A DNA stretch of 20,000 nt from an uncultured virus (IMG/VR IMGVR_UViG_3300032309_002680) (IMGVR_UViG_3300032309_002680), one strand, 5' to 3'; positions 1-9,575 are shown, counted from the first letter of the stretch. Translations and numbers: made by a program. Notes: generated by a model not told the origin, from the sequence alone.

Positions 1-17
1 AAGAAGGCGGAGCATAA

Positions 18-221
18 ATGACAACAGTAGTTAAGGTTGATCTATCCTTTACTAGAAACCTAGGAAATTTTGAAAGCATTAAAATTGGAATAGGCGTAGA
101 AGACAATGTGCGTAATGGAGAAAATGTAGATACTGCCACTGAGCGTGTTTATAAATTTGTCGAAGAAAAGCTTATTGAAAAAACTCAAGAAATAGAGAAA
201 GAATTAAAAAATGGAAAATGA
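18..221 (+). CDS. Phage hypothetical protein, 67 aa
   Basis: ORF with upstream SD-like AAGGCGGAG; overlaps the next gene by 11 nt; TRNLGNFES motif familiar from small phage proteins. Confidence 0.75.
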   Translation: MTTVVKVDLSFTRNLGNFESIKIGIGVEDNVRNGENVDTATERVYKFVEEKLIEKTQEIEKELKNGK

Positions 222-558
222 TCTAGCCATTTCCCAGGCTGAAAAAAATAAACAGCCCTACATAATGCTATGGAAATACGAAAAGCTTTACGAGGAAAAG
301 TACGGCAAAAAACCAGTGTTGAATAAATTTAGAGATAAGATGGCGATGAAGGACGTTATTGAAAGCGTTGGCTTTGATAGAGGAATGACCCTTTTAGAAT
401 ATTATTTTAAACTAATAAAGCATGGACATCCTTTAATATTTTTCTTATACAATTTTGACAAAATTGATTCTGCACAAAAAGAATTAGAAAAAGATAAGGC
501 AAAAAGAAAAATTTTAAGAGAACAAACTAAAAAACTAGTAGAGGAAGTAGACGAATGA
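211..558 (+). CDS. Hypothetical protein upstream of the helicase (possible helicase loader or replication accessory)
   Basis: 115 aa ORF with ATGA overlap into the helicase start at 555. Function is guessed from position only. Confidence 0.7.
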   Translation: MENDLAISQAEKNKQPYIMLWKYEKLYEEKYGKKPVLNKFRDKMAMKDVIESVGFDRGMTLLEYYFKLIKHGHPLIFFLYNFDKIDSAQKELEKDKAKRKILREQTKKLVEEVDE

Positions 559-1793
559 ATACCGAAGCAACACTAATATCCGCAGTGTGTCAAAATAAAG
601 ACATTAGTACTCTGCTTGCAGATAACGTAGATGATCTTTTTACGTCACATAGGGATATTTGGGAGGGCTTAAAGTCTTACTATTATAAGTTTAAGGCTGT
701 GCCAGAGGCTAGTGTTCTTCAGGAAAAGTTTCATGACTTTGACCCAGATATTAATGTAAAGGCTGAAACTGGATATTACCTAGATAAATTAAAAAATGAA
801 TACTTGTCTTCACAATTAAAAAACATACTTCTTCAATCTGGATCTGCTTTAAAGCAAGATGCTGCCTCAAGAGTACTTGCAGATATGCAAAGCAAATTGG
901 CAAACCTTTCAAGGTTTACAAATAATGTAAGAGACTTAGACGTTATAGATTTAGACTCTGCAACAAGGCACTTCTCTTCAGTAAAAGACAGAGCTTCTGT
1001 AATGGGAGGAAGCCCAGGAATATTAACTGGATTCAAAGCAATAGATGCTGCATACCCAACTGGTATGGCACCAGGACATTTAATTGTTGCTATTGGTTGG
1101 CCAGGAAAAGGAAAGACATGGTTTACTTCTTATCTTGCATGTAAAGCCTGGGAGCAAGGATTTAAGCCAATGATTGTTTCTTTGGAAATGTCTCCAGAAA
1201 ATATGCGTGATCGTATTTATACAATGCTTGGGTCTGGATTATTTAAATCTAGCGATCTTTCTCGAGGAGATATTAATATTGATGATTTTAAATCTTGGGG
1301 TACTAAAAGATTTGAAGGAAAGAATAGTTTTGTTTTAGTTTCTAATGAAGGAAACACAGAAGTAACTCCAGCAACTGTTCAAGGAAAGATAGATCAGCAC
1401 AAGCCAGATTTAGTTATTTTAGACTATCATCAATTGTTTAATGATAATAAGAGAAGTCATTCTGAGGTAGAAAGAAACAGAAATATTTCTAGAGAGTTTA
1501 AATTGCTTGCAGTTTCAAACAACATCCCAGTTATAGATATTACAGCGGCAACAGCCGATGACGTATCTGATCAAGATGATCCGCCAATGATGAGTCAAGT
1601 AGCTTGGTCTAAAGCGATAGAATATGATGCTGATATGGCAATGGCTATTCACAAGCATCCTGGAACAAACTTGATTGAAGTTGTTTCTAGAAAGAATAGA
1701 CACGGGCACGAGTTTGCTTTCCACTTAGACTGGGATATAAACAGAGGAATAATTAAAGAATTATATGATTATGCACCAGCACAAAACAATTAA
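555..1793 (+). CDS. dnaB: DnaB-like replicative helicase (SF4)
   Basis: Walker A GWPGKGKT, SLEM motif, Walker B LVILDY, IEYDAD and KNRHG motifs; SD GAGGA upstream. Confidence 0.93.
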   Translation: MNTEATLISAVCQNKDISTLLADNVDDLFTSHRDIWEGLKSYYYKFKAVPEASVLQEKFHDFDPDINVKAETGYYLDKLKNEYLSSQLKNILLQSGSALKQDAASRVLADMQSKLANLSRFTNNVRDLDVIDLDSATRHFSSVKDRASVMGGSPGILTGFKAIDAAYPTGMAPGHLIVAIGWPGKGKTWFTSYLACKAWEQGFKPMIVSLEMSPENMRDRIYTMLGSGLFKSSDLSRGDINIDDFKSWGTKRFEGKNSFVLVSNEGNTEVTPATVQGKIDQHKPDLVILDYHQLFNDNKRSHSEVERNRNISREFKLLAVSNNIPVIDITAATADDVSDQDDPPMMSQVAWSKAIEYDADMAMAIHKHPGTNLIEVVSRKNRHGHEFAFHLDWDINRGIIKELYDYAPAQNN

Positions 1794-2064
1794 AAAATTT
1801 CAAATTGAAGTTTTTTTCAAAGAAGATTCTGATATGATTCGTATAAAAAATCAATACGAAAATATTTTGACTCATGATATGAGATCAAAAGGATATGCCA
1901 GGGTACTTGACATAGACACAGCATTTTCGGTAGAATTTACAGGTGAAACATGGAAGTTCTTAATGACCTTACATGGTATATATGTAGGAAGGAGGAAGGC
2001 ATGGGAATCGTCAGGGATAACGCAAGGAAAAGTAATTCCACGCAGTATGCACCAAACCATATAA
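1765..2064 (+). CDS. Phage hypothetical protein between helicase and primase, about 99 aa (start 1765 or 1771)
   Basis: Fills the helicase-primase gap and overlaps both neighbours. Confidence 0.7.
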   Translation: MIMHQHKTIKKFQIEVFFKEDSDMIRIKNQYENILTHDMRSKGYARVLDIDTAFSVEFTGETWKFLMTLHGIYVGRRKAWESSGITQGKVIPRSMHQTI

Positions 2065-2999
2065 AGTCTGTTGTTAAAGAAATTGGACTAAGGATAATTA
2101 GTGAGTCTAATCATAATTTAGTTTTGTATTGTCCATTTCATAACAATACTCATACGCCTTGCTTTTATATTAGCGAAGAAAATGGAGCATGGATATGCTT
2201 CAACCCAGCATGTGCGGAATCTGGAAACATTATTCAATTAGTTAAAAGAATTTGTAATAAAAATGATTTTGAAGCTATAAGATTGGTTTCAAACAAAGAG
2301 AGTGAGTCCTTAGATAATTTTGATATTCTTTTAAGCCAAGCCTTAGAAGATAAGCCAGAGTTTGTTGAGTTTGATTCCAAGAAATTAGATGAGCTTTATT
2401 TGGGACTAACTCTTAGTAAAGAAGCAAGAGATTATTTTGAGACAAGAGGGATAAATTCAGAGTCTATGAATTATTTCAGACTGGGTTACTCTGAATCTCA
2501 AAACATGGTAGTTGTTCCAGTACACAGCCCAGACGGACTTCCAGTAGGAATAGTTGGAAGATCTATAGTTGAAAAAAAATTTAAAAATAGTACCAACCTT
2601 CCCAAGAACCAAACATTGTTTAATATACACAGGGCAAAGAAAATTGGTAGCCACGTAATCATTGTTGAATCTAGTTTTGATGCTATCAGGGTACATCAGG
2701 CTGGATTCCCAAATGTTGTTGCCACTCTAGGGGGTCACCTATCAAGCAACAATCTTAATTTGTTAAATAGATACTTTACAAAAATTACTATAATGACAGA
2801 CGCAGATTCAGCTGGCAGAGAACTTGGATTATCTATTTCTTCTAGTTTAAAAAATAAAGATATTCTTTGGGCTTCTTGTGAATATGGTAAAGTTTATCAA
2901 AATAATGCGAAAGACGCAGGAGATTTATCAGAAAAAGAAATTAAGGAATGCATAATAAATTCAGTGTCCGATGTGGAATACAAATCCTGGACATTATGA
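2001..2999 (+). CDS. dnaG: DNA primase (CHC2 zinc finger + Toprim)
   Basis: CPFH...C..C zinc-binding motif (YCPFHNN...WICFNPAC), Toprim IIVESSFDA and MTDADSAG, KDAGD. Start moved from 1950 to ATG 2001, which follows AGGAGG at 1990-1995. Confidence 0.92.
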   Translation: MGIVRDNARKSNSTQYAPNHIKSVVKEIGLRIISESNHNLVLYCPFHNNTHTPCFYISEENGAWICFNPACAESGNIIQLVKRICNKNDFEAIRLVSNKESESLDNFDILLSQALEDKPEFVEFDSKKLDELYLGLTLSKEARDYFETRGINSESMNYFRLGYSESQNMVVVPVHSPDGLPVGIVGRSIVEKKFKNSTNLPKNQTLFNIHRAKKIGSHVIIVESSFDAIRVHQAGFPNVVATLGGHLSSNNLNLLNRYFTKITIMTDADSAGRELGLSISSSLKNKDILWASCEYGKVYQNNAKDAGDLSEKEIKECIINSVSDVEYKSWTL

Positions 3000-3005
3000 T
3001 ACAAT
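2997..3005 (+). promoter_or_regulatory. Extended -10 promoter (TGaTACAAT) for the SSB gene
   Basis: TGnTAnAAT overlaps the primase stop codon, about 45 nt before the SSB ATG; SD AAGGAG at 3040-3045. Confidence 0.6.
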
Positions 3006-3050
3006 GGTAAAACAGATGGATCTATACCATCAACTACAAAAGGAGAAGAA

Positions 3051-3719
3051 ATGAGCATAGTAAAAGGTCTAAAAGACCTAAATAAAGCACTAGACAAGCC
3101 TGTATATTCAGGCGGAGAAGAAAATAAAGGTCGTTGGTTAAAAATTGAAGATGGAGAAAGCGTTAAGATTAGATTTCTTCAAGAGTTGGATGCAGATTCA
3201 CCCAACTACAATGACAAACTCGGATGTGGATTTATTGCCTTAGAACATACCAATCCAAAAGATTATCGAAGAAAAGCTCTAGACACCATGGAGTCAGAAG
3301 GACGCGACTGGGCGCAAGAACAACATCGCAAAGATCCAAAGGCTGGATGGAAAGCTAGAACCCGTATTTATATCAATGTATTAGTTGATGACGGAAAGAA
3401 TGATCCATATGTTGCAATATTGTCTCAGGGAACAAGTGGAAAAACAATTACTCCTACATTAATCGAATACGCTGGTGAAATGGGAAGTATTACAAATTTA
3501 AATTGGCGAATTAAAAGAAATGGTAGCAAGACAGACACAAGCTACACAATTATTCCTTTGGCCAAAGATGAAACACCTTTTGATTTTTCAAAATTAGAAC
3601 TATTTGATCTTGAAAAAACTGCTGTAAGGAGTGTTCCATACGCAGAACAAGAGTCTTTCTACATGGGAGAGTCCTCACAAGAACTAGCAGTTGCCTCAAC
3701 TGGTAGCGTAGAGTGGTAA
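3051..3719 (+). CDS. Single-stranded DNA-binding protein, T4 gp32-like
   Basis: WLKIEDGESVKIRFL, YINVLV and IKRNG..DTSYTI motifs typical of phage gp32-like SSBs; acidic tail ending in W; strong SD; lies between primase and polymerase. Confidence 0.75.
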   Translation: MSIVKGLKDLNKALDKPVYSGGEENKGRWLKIEDGESVKIRFLQELDADSPNYNDKLGCGFIALEHTNPKDYRRKALDTMESEGRDWAQEQHRKDPKAGWKARTRIYINVLVDDGKNDPYVAILSQGTSGKTITPTLIEYAGEMGSITNLNWRIKRNGSKTDTSYTIIPLAKDETPFDFSKLELFDLEKTAVRSVPYAEQESFYMGESSQELAVASTGSVEW

Positions 3720-3729
3720 ATTAAATATG

Positions 3730-3763
3730 CTGGGGGTGGCTCTTGCCACCCCTAGTTTTATTT
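3730..3763 (+). terminator. Rho-independent terminator after the SSB gene
   Basis: 11-bp stem CTGGGGGTGGC / GCCACCCCTAG (one G-U pair), loop TCTT, followed by TTTTATTT. Confidence 0.85.
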
Positions 3764-3771
3764 AGTAAAAT
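3743..3771 (+). promoter_or_regulatory. Sigma70-type promoter TTGCCA-N17-TAAAAT, probably giving a leaderless transcript at ATG 3778
   Basis: -35 at 3743-3748 (inside the terminator hairpin), 17-nt spacer, -10 at 3766-3771, ATG 6 nt later, no SD. Confidence 0.65.
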
Positions 3772-3777
3772 ATAATT

Positions 3778-3984
3778 ATGACTACATACGATATACCAGA
3801 TCCATTTCAAGAATTTGTGTATAATAAATATAAAAATTATGTAGGAGCAGTGTACAACATTTTTGCCAGAGAGTGGCATGTAAAGTGTGGCTGCTGCAAG
3901 AAAGATATATACGCACCAACTAAAAAAACATTAACTAGTACCAGGCTGTATCACACCAGAAACGAATGTCAAGGCGGTTATTAA
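3778..3984 (+). CDS. Small putative zinc-binding protein, 68 aa
   Basis: CGCC...H...C residues; TAATG stop/start coupling with dnaE at 3982-3986. Confidence 0.7.
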   Translation: MTTYDIPDPFQEFVYNKYKNYVGAVYNIFAREWHVKCGCCKKDIYAPTKKTLTSTRLYHTRNECQGGY

Positions 3985-6900
3985 TGAGTTTTACACATCT
4001 ACACGTTCATTCATATTATTCTTTAATGGACGGGCTTAATTCTCCAAAAGAGTTATGCCAAGCAGCAATAGACGCTGGCCAAACATCTATAGCAATTACA
4101 GATCATGGAACATTGTCATCCCACAGAGAAATGCAAATTGCTGCAAAAGAATTAGGCATTAAGCCAATTCTTGGAGTAGAAGCTTACATATCCCCAACAG
4201 ATAGATTTGATAAATCGTCTGCAACAGACAAAAGCATACAAGCATACAACCACATTATCCTGCTGGCTAAAAATAAAAACGGATTAAAGAATATTAACTC
4301 ATTACAAGAGATAGCTTGGAATGAAGGGTTTTACCATAAGCCTAGAATTGATATGGAGATACTAAAAGAATATGCAAAAGATATTATTGTTCTTTCTGGA
4401 TGCCTTAATGGACTTATTAGTAAGTGCATTGAAAAAGAAGAGTTTGAGGAAGCGGAAAATATACTTAAAGATTTTAAGAAAACTTTTGGCGAAGATTTTT
4501 ACATTGAGGTACAATCTCACAATCCAAAAGAAATAAATAGCAAGTTGCTAGAATTAGCAGACAAACTAGGGATTAAGCCAGTAGCAACTGGAGATGCCCA
4601 TTACGCAAAGGGCGAAGATAAGACTTTAGAAGAAGCAATGCTTATTCTATCTACATCTCCTAAATCAGATAAGGAATCAGACTTTGAGGTTTCGAGGGGA
4701 ATGGGAAATGTACTAGACAGACTTAATTACCTATATCCAGACAGAAGAATATCATTCCAAGACTATAATTTATTTATTCAGACTAGAGAAGAAATTGAAT
4801 CCGACTTTAACAAATGTGACATTAAACGAGTAGACATTTATGAAAATACTATGGAGATAGCGGAAAAAATTGGAGAATACGATTTTAACAGGGGTCTAGA
4901 CCTACTCCCTATCCCAAAGACCAATGCCGACCAAAAGCTGTCTGATATGGCCTTTGAGGGCCTAGAAAGGCTACGCCTAAGAGAGAACTGGCTAGGAAAT
5001 GACGTATATGACCAAAGGCTTATAGAAGAGCTTGAGATTATTAAAGATAAAAATTTCTCCTCTTATTTTCTAGTTGTTGCAGATATGATTAATTGGGCTA
5101 AAGAAAATGACATAATGGTTGGCCCAGGACGTGGTTCGGCAGCAGGATCATTAGTTTGTTATGCCTTGGGAATTACAGATGTCGATCCAATTGAGTACGA
5201 CCTTTTGTTCTTTAGATTTATTAACCCAGACCGTAACGATTTTCCAGATATTGATACTGATTTTGAAGATCGTCGACGCAAAGAAGTAAAAGATTATCTT
5301 AAGAAGAAATTCAAACACGTTGCGTCCATATCAACTTTTACTTATTTTAAAGACAAGGGAGTCGTAAGAGATGCTGCTCGTGTATTTATGGTTCCACTGT
5401 CTGATGTAAATAGGGCAATGAAGCAAGTTGATACATTTGAAGATTTTATGGATTCGCCTAATACAAAAGAATTTAGAATGAAGTATCCAGAAGTTTTATG
5501 GCTTGCAGAAAAGTTACGTGGAAAAATTAGAAGTGTTGGTGTTCACGCTGCTGGAGTAGTTGTGGCAAAAGAAGATTTAAGAAATTTTGCTCCAATAGAA
5601 TCTAGAGAAGATCCTCAAGATAAAGTTTCGGGCAGAATACCAGTAGTTGCATACGACATGGATACGGTTGCTGATATTGGATTAATTAAAGTAGATGCTC
5701 TTGGTCTAAAAACTCTTTCTGTTATTTCTGATACTATTAAAGCAATTAAAGAAAGATCTGGCAAAGAAATTAAATTGTCTCAATTAGACTTTAAAGATCC
5801 AAAGGTTTATAAAAATTTAAGCGAGGGTTATACTAAAGGAGTGTTTCAAGCAGAAGCAGTGCCTTACACAAACTTGTTAATAAAAATGGGAGTAGATAAA
5901 TTTGAAGACTTGGCTGCCTCCAACGCTTTAGTGAGACCAGGAGCTATGAATACAGTAGGAGTTTCTTACGTAGCAAGAAAACGTGGGCAAGAACCTACGC
6001 AATATGTTCATGAAATAATGCGTCCTTTTACAGAAAACACATATGGTGTTATCATATATCAAGAGCAAGTCATGCAGGCTTGCGTACACCTAGGTGGTAT
6101 GTCTTGGTCAGAAGCTGATAAGGTTCGCAAGATTATCGGAAAGAAAAAAGATGCAAAAGAATTCGACCAGTTCAAGGATCAGTTTGTTGCTGGGGCTTCA
6201 AAACACATTTCTGAGAAAAAGGCCCAGTCTTTATGGAGTGACTTTGAGGCTCATGCTGGCTACTCTTTTAATCGTAGTCATGCTGTTGCTTATTCCATGC
6301 TTACTTATTATACGGCTTGGCTTAAAACTTATTACCCTCTTGAGTTTATGTTCTCGGTTCTTAAAAACGAAAATGATAAAGATGCTAAAACGGGCTACCT
6401 TATTGAAGCAAAAAGATTAAACCTTAAGATACTTCTTCCAGACATAAACAATTCAAATGTTTATTTTTCATTAAAAGAAGATGCAATGCAATTTGGATTA
6501 GCAGATATAAAGTTTATATCTGACAGTATAGCTAACAAAATTATAGAGAGAAGGCCTTATGCCAATTATTCCGATTTCATTCAAAAAGCCTCTGCGAAAG
6601 GTAGCGGGATTAATAGTAGGGCTGTATCTGCTCTTAATGCTATTGGTGGTGCTTCTTTTGAGGACAATCCCAGAACTGGTAAGGAAAAAGAAAACTACTA
6701 CGAATACCTAAGCATTCCTACCTTTACAGTAGATTTGCCACCAAGAATTAAATCACAGGCAAGACCAATTTCAGAATTTGAAGACCTAGGATCTTTCCCT
6801 TTGTTTGGAATGGTTAAGAGCATTAAGAGGGGAACAGGTTGGTCACGAATTGAAATTGTAGACGAGACTGGTACCGTAGGTTTATTCCATACAGAGCAAA

Positions 6901-7262
6901 CTCAAATTGAAACTGGACAGATGTATTTTATACTAGTTGGAGATAATAGAATTGCAAGGTATATTAAGGTTTCTGAAATAGACCCAAATGGAACAGATCT
7001 GTTTGTCGATTATTTATATAGAAAAGAATATGACATGGAAGAAGATGAGCAAATGGTAGTTAATTTTAGTCCATACAAAACTAAAGCTGGAAAAACTATG
7101 GCGCATATTGTCATGACAGACAAGAATAAGAATTTAACTAGAGCAATTGCATTTCCAACAATGTATTCAAAAGTTTTAGGCAAAATGCGTGAAGGAATGA
7201 AAAGTAAGCCAGTTCTATCAAAACTAGATGATGGAACCTTAATGATAAAGGAGATAAAATGA
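3984..7262 (+). CDS. dnaE: DNA polymerase III alpha subunit (C family, DnaE-type)
   Basis: PHP motifs HLHVHS, ITDHG and TGDAHY; GRGSAAGS; catalytic PDIDTD; HAAGVV; KVDALGL; GYSFNRSHA; C-terminal OB folds. Start set at ATG 3984 (TAATG overlap). No intein apparent. Confidence 0.97.
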   Translation: MSFTHLHVHSYYSLMDGLNSPKELCQAAIDAGQTSIAITDHGTLSSHREMQIAAKELGIKPILGVEAYISPTDRFDKSSATDKSIQAYNHIILLAKNKNGLKNINSLQEIAWNEGFYHKPRIDMEILKEYAKDIIVLSGCLNGLISKCIEKEEFEEAENILKDFKKTFGEDFYIEVQSHNPKEINSKLLELADKLGIKPVATGDAHYAKGEDKTLEEAMLILSTSPKSDKESDFEVSRGMGNVLDRLNYLYPDRRISFQDYNLFIQTREEIESDFNKCDIKRVDIYENTMEIAEKIGEYDFNRGLDLLPIPKTNADQKLSDMAFEGLERLRLRENWLGNDVYDQRLIEELEIIKDKNFSSYFLVVADMINWAKENDIMVGPGRGSAAGSLVCYALGITDVDPIEYDLLFFRFINPDRNDFPDIDTDFEDRRRKEVKDYLKKKFKHVASISTFTYFKDKGVVRDAARVFMVPLSDVNRAMKQVDTFEDFMDSPNTKEFRMKYPEVLWLAEKLRGKIRSVGVHAAGVVVAKEDLRNFAPIESREDPQDKVSGRIPVVAYDMDTVADIGLIKVDALGLKTLSVISDTIKAIKERSGKEIKLSQLDFKDPKVYKNLSEGYTKGVFQAEAVPYTNLLIKMGVDKFEDLAASNALVRPGAMNTVGVSYVARKRGQEPTQYVHEIMRPFTENTYGVIIYQEQVMQACVHLGGMSWSEADKVRKIIGKKKDAKEFDQFKDQFVAGASKHISEKKAQSLWSDFEAHAGYSFNRSHAVAYSMLTYYTAWLKTYYPLEFMFSVLKNENDKDAKTGYLIEAKRLNLKILLPDINNSNVYFSLKEDAMQFGLADIKFISDSIANKIIERRPYANYSDFIQKASAKGSGINSRAVSALNAIGGASFEDNPRTGKEKENYYEYLSIPTFTVDLPPRIKSQARPISEFEDLGSFPLFGMVKSIKRGTGWSRIEIVDETGTVGLFHTEQTQIETGQMYFILVGDNRIARYIKVSEIDPNGTDLFVDYLYRKEYDMEEDEQMVVNFSPYKTKAGKTMAHIVMTDKNKNLTRAIAFPTMYSKVLGKMREGMKSKPVLSKLDDGTLMIKEIK

Positions 7263-7489
7263 CAGACAGCGCCTCAGAGATATTTAAAGCAATGAGTTCT
7301 TCAAAGATACTCGTAGCAATATTAAAAACTCAAAAAGAGGTTTTAGTCCCTATTGATATATTTTTTGGATTAGGGGATGAAGAGAATTTAAAGGTAGAGT
7401 TCGATGATGTTTCAAGAAATTTTGTATTTAAGTTGTCGGAAAATTCTGGCGAAAAAAATGCTATAATGGAAGAAACAGAGAAAGAATAA
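7259..7489 (+). CDS. Phage hypothetical protein, 76 aa
   Basis: ATGA overlap with dnaE; SD AAGGAG upstream. Confidence 0.75.
   Translation: MTDSASEIFKAMSSSKILVAILKTQKEVLVPIDIFFGLGDEENLKVEFDDVSRNFVFKLSENSGEKNAIMEETEKE
7459..7467 (+). promoter_or_regulatory. Extended -10 promoter (TGcTATAAT) for recA, embedded in the upstream gene's 3' end
   Basis: Perfect TGnTATAAT about 25 nt before the recA ATG; AGAAAG SD-like element follows. Confidence 0.6.
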
Positions 7490-7491
7490 AA

Positions 7492-8496
7492 ATGACAATT
7501 TTAATGGAAGAGATTTTAGCAAAACTGGATTCAAAAACAAGAGACAGAGTTCAGTCTGCAGTAGATGTTAAAATCATAAAACAAAAAACTCCAAGCATTG
7601 GTTTAAACTTAGCACTCAACGGTGGACTTGGACATGGAAGACAGGCCTTGGTATGGGGAAATAAGTCTTCTGGTAAATCTTCCTTTTGTTTGCAAATGAT
7701 TGCTCTTGCTCAAAAAGAAGGAAAAACTTGCGCTTGGATTGACGCAGAGCATTCTTACTCTCCAGAGTGGGCAGAAAAATTAGGTGTTGACTCATCAAAA
7801 CTAATATACTCGCCAGCTAAAACTATTAATGACATGGTGGACGTTGCAACAAAACTTATGTCTGCAGATATAGATATTATTGTAGTTGATTCAATATCAG
7901 CTTTGTTGCCTGCAATATATTTTGAAAAAGATGGCGACGAGTTAAAAGATTTACAAGATACAAAACAGATAGGCGCAGAAGCAAAGGATATGACCCACGC
8001 AGTCAAAATGTTAAACTATGCAAACAAAAACACATTATTGGTTCTCATTTCACAGCAAAGAAACCAGTTTGGATCTATGCACGCCTCCCATATTCCAACA
8101 GGGGGAATGGCGGTCAAGTTCTTTTCTTCTACGGTCATTAAGCTTTGGTCCTCAGAAGCTGAGGCTAATGCTATCAAGGCAGGTATTAAAGTTGGCGATA
8201 AAATTATTGAACAGAGAGTTGGAAGGCCAGTCAATTGGATTGTCGATTACAACAAACTCGGCCCCCCTAATTTATCAGGACAGTACGACTTCTATTACCA
8301 AGGAGATCATTTAGGAGTTGACGATATTGGAGAAACTTTAGACGTAGCAGAAATGTGCGGATTAGTTGAAAAAGGTGGCGCTTGGTACACAGTTAACTCA
8401 GAAAGATTGCAGGGTAGAGCTAAAGCCGTACAGTATCTAAAGGATAATCCAAAAGTTGTTGAAAAACTTAAGAAAGATATAGATGCTAAGATTTAA
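7492..8496 (+). CDS. recA: RecA/UvsX-like recombinase
   Basis: TPSIGLNLALNGG, Walker A GNKSSGKS, WIDAEH, Walker B IIVVDS, TGGMAVKFFSS, KGGAWY. Confidence 0.95.
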   Translation: MTILMEEILAKLDSKTRDRVQSAVDVKIIKQKTPSIGLNLALNGGLGHGRQALVWGNKSSGKSSFCLQMIALAQKEGKTCAWIDAEHSYSPEWAEKLGVDSSKLIYSPAKTINDMVDVATKLMSADIDIIVVDSISALLPAIYFEKDGDELKDLQDTKQIGAEAKDMTHAVKMLNYANKNTLLVLISQQRNQFGSMHASHIPTGGMAVKFFSSTVIKLWSSEAEANAIKAGIKVGDKIIEQRVGRPVNWIVDYNKLGPPNLSGQYDFYYQGDHLGVDDIGETLDVAEMCGLVEKGGAWYTVNSERLQGRAKAVQYLKDNPKVVEKLKKDIDAKI

Positions 8497-9397
8497 TGAC
8501 ATTGAAAATGTAAAGGCATATAAGTTAATGGATGGAGCAATCCTGTACCAAAATGTTTTAAAAGATACTGAATCAATACTGTCATTTTTTAAAGAAGCAG
8601 AATTATACAAAGAAGATGTGTACGTAATGAAAAAATTTCATAATTGGGGGCAGTACGGAGTAATGACTGAAATTGACTCAACCAGCTACCATGGATTTAC
8701 CCCAGAATATTTTGATCCAAATGATCAAGAGCAAGTAAAACAAAAATCGGTTTTTGAAAAACTTGAAGATGCTTACAATTTTGTTAAAAAAGATTTTATG
8801 ATTAAATATGGAAATAAAGATATTTGGCCAAGTCATTATAGCAAAGTCGATCTTTTTAATGAATCTGAAAATACAAGAATTGCATTTTTGAAATATGATT
8901 TAGAGCTGGCAAAAAAAGCCGAACTACAAAAAATTAATTTTAGTGCTTTTCATAGCGATTTTTTTGAACAAGACATGGACACCCCTGGATATAAATTAAT
9001 TTTTACTGTTATGATATATTTAAATGATGAATACGATGGAGGGGAAATATGTTTTTGGGATGGAAAAAAAATAGTAGGATACAAACCAAAATCTGGGGAC
9101 ATTTTTGTTTTCCCTTCTTGTGAGCCATTTTATCACGGAGTTTTAAATATTAATAAATCTGATCGGTACGCAATTAGAATGAACTACACCGCAATTACAG
9201 AAGGGTCAGAAGAATTTAAAAATGGAACCTTTACACCATCATTAAATTATACTAACTATAAAGTAGGATACAGATGGATAAAAGATGGAAATAAGTTTTA
9301 CTCTAGCCCAGAAGCAGAAAAGCAAATTTCTACTTCCCCCCCATTAATTTTAAATTTAGATCAAATGGAAAGAGTGTTAATTGATGCCAAACATTAA
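8483..9397 (+). CDS. 2OG-Fe(II) oxygenase, prolyl-4-hydroxylase-like
   Basis: HxD (FHSD), TVMIYLNDEYDGGEICF, PKSGDIFVFPS, distal His (YHGV) and Arg (DRY). Confidence 0.88.
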   Translation: MLRFNDIENVKAYKLMDGAILYQNVLKDTESILSFFKEAELYKEDVYVMKKFHNWGQYGVMTEIDSTSYHGFTPEYFDPNDQEQVKQKSVFEKLEDAYNFVKKDFMIKYGNKDIWPSHYSKVDLFNESENTRIAFLKYDLELAKKAELQKINFSAFHSDFFEQDMDTPGYKLIFTVMIYLNDEYDGGEICFWDGKKIVGYKPKSGDIFVFPSCEPFYHGVLNINKSDRYAIRMNYTAITEGSEEFKNGTFTPSLNYTNYKVGYRWIKDGNKFYSSPEAEKQISTSPPLILNLDQMERVLIDAKH

Positions 9398-9575
9398 TGA
9401 ATTTTTTGATAAAAAAGAAATATTACAGCAATCTGCTTTAGAAGAAATTATTGGCACAAAGCCTTGCCATAAATGCGAAAAGAATGCAGAAAAAGCTTTT
9501 TGGGATCCATCAACCTTTACTCTTTCTTGGACATGCCCAGACGGGCACAATTCTCAGCACTTGGTGAACAGATAA
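9384..9575 (+). CDS. Small zinc-ribbon protein, 63 aa
   Basis: CHKC...CPDGH; ATG 9384 preferred over TTG 9381; TAATG coupling to the next gene. Confidence 0.75.
   Translation: MPNINEFFDKKEILQQSALEEIIGTKPCHKCEKNAEKAFWDPSTFTLSWTCPDGHNSQHLVNR

Noticed and set aside
6094..6420. Alternate-frame 108-aa ORF inside dnaE (also 8018-8314 inside recA)
   Set aside because: Lies within highly conserved coding regions, lacks recognisable motifs, and is best explained as a frame shadow.
3984..7262. Intein or intron in dnaE (also checked helicase, recA and terL)
   Set aside because: Lengths are normal, motifs are contiguous, and no splice-junction or LAGLIDADG motifs were seen.
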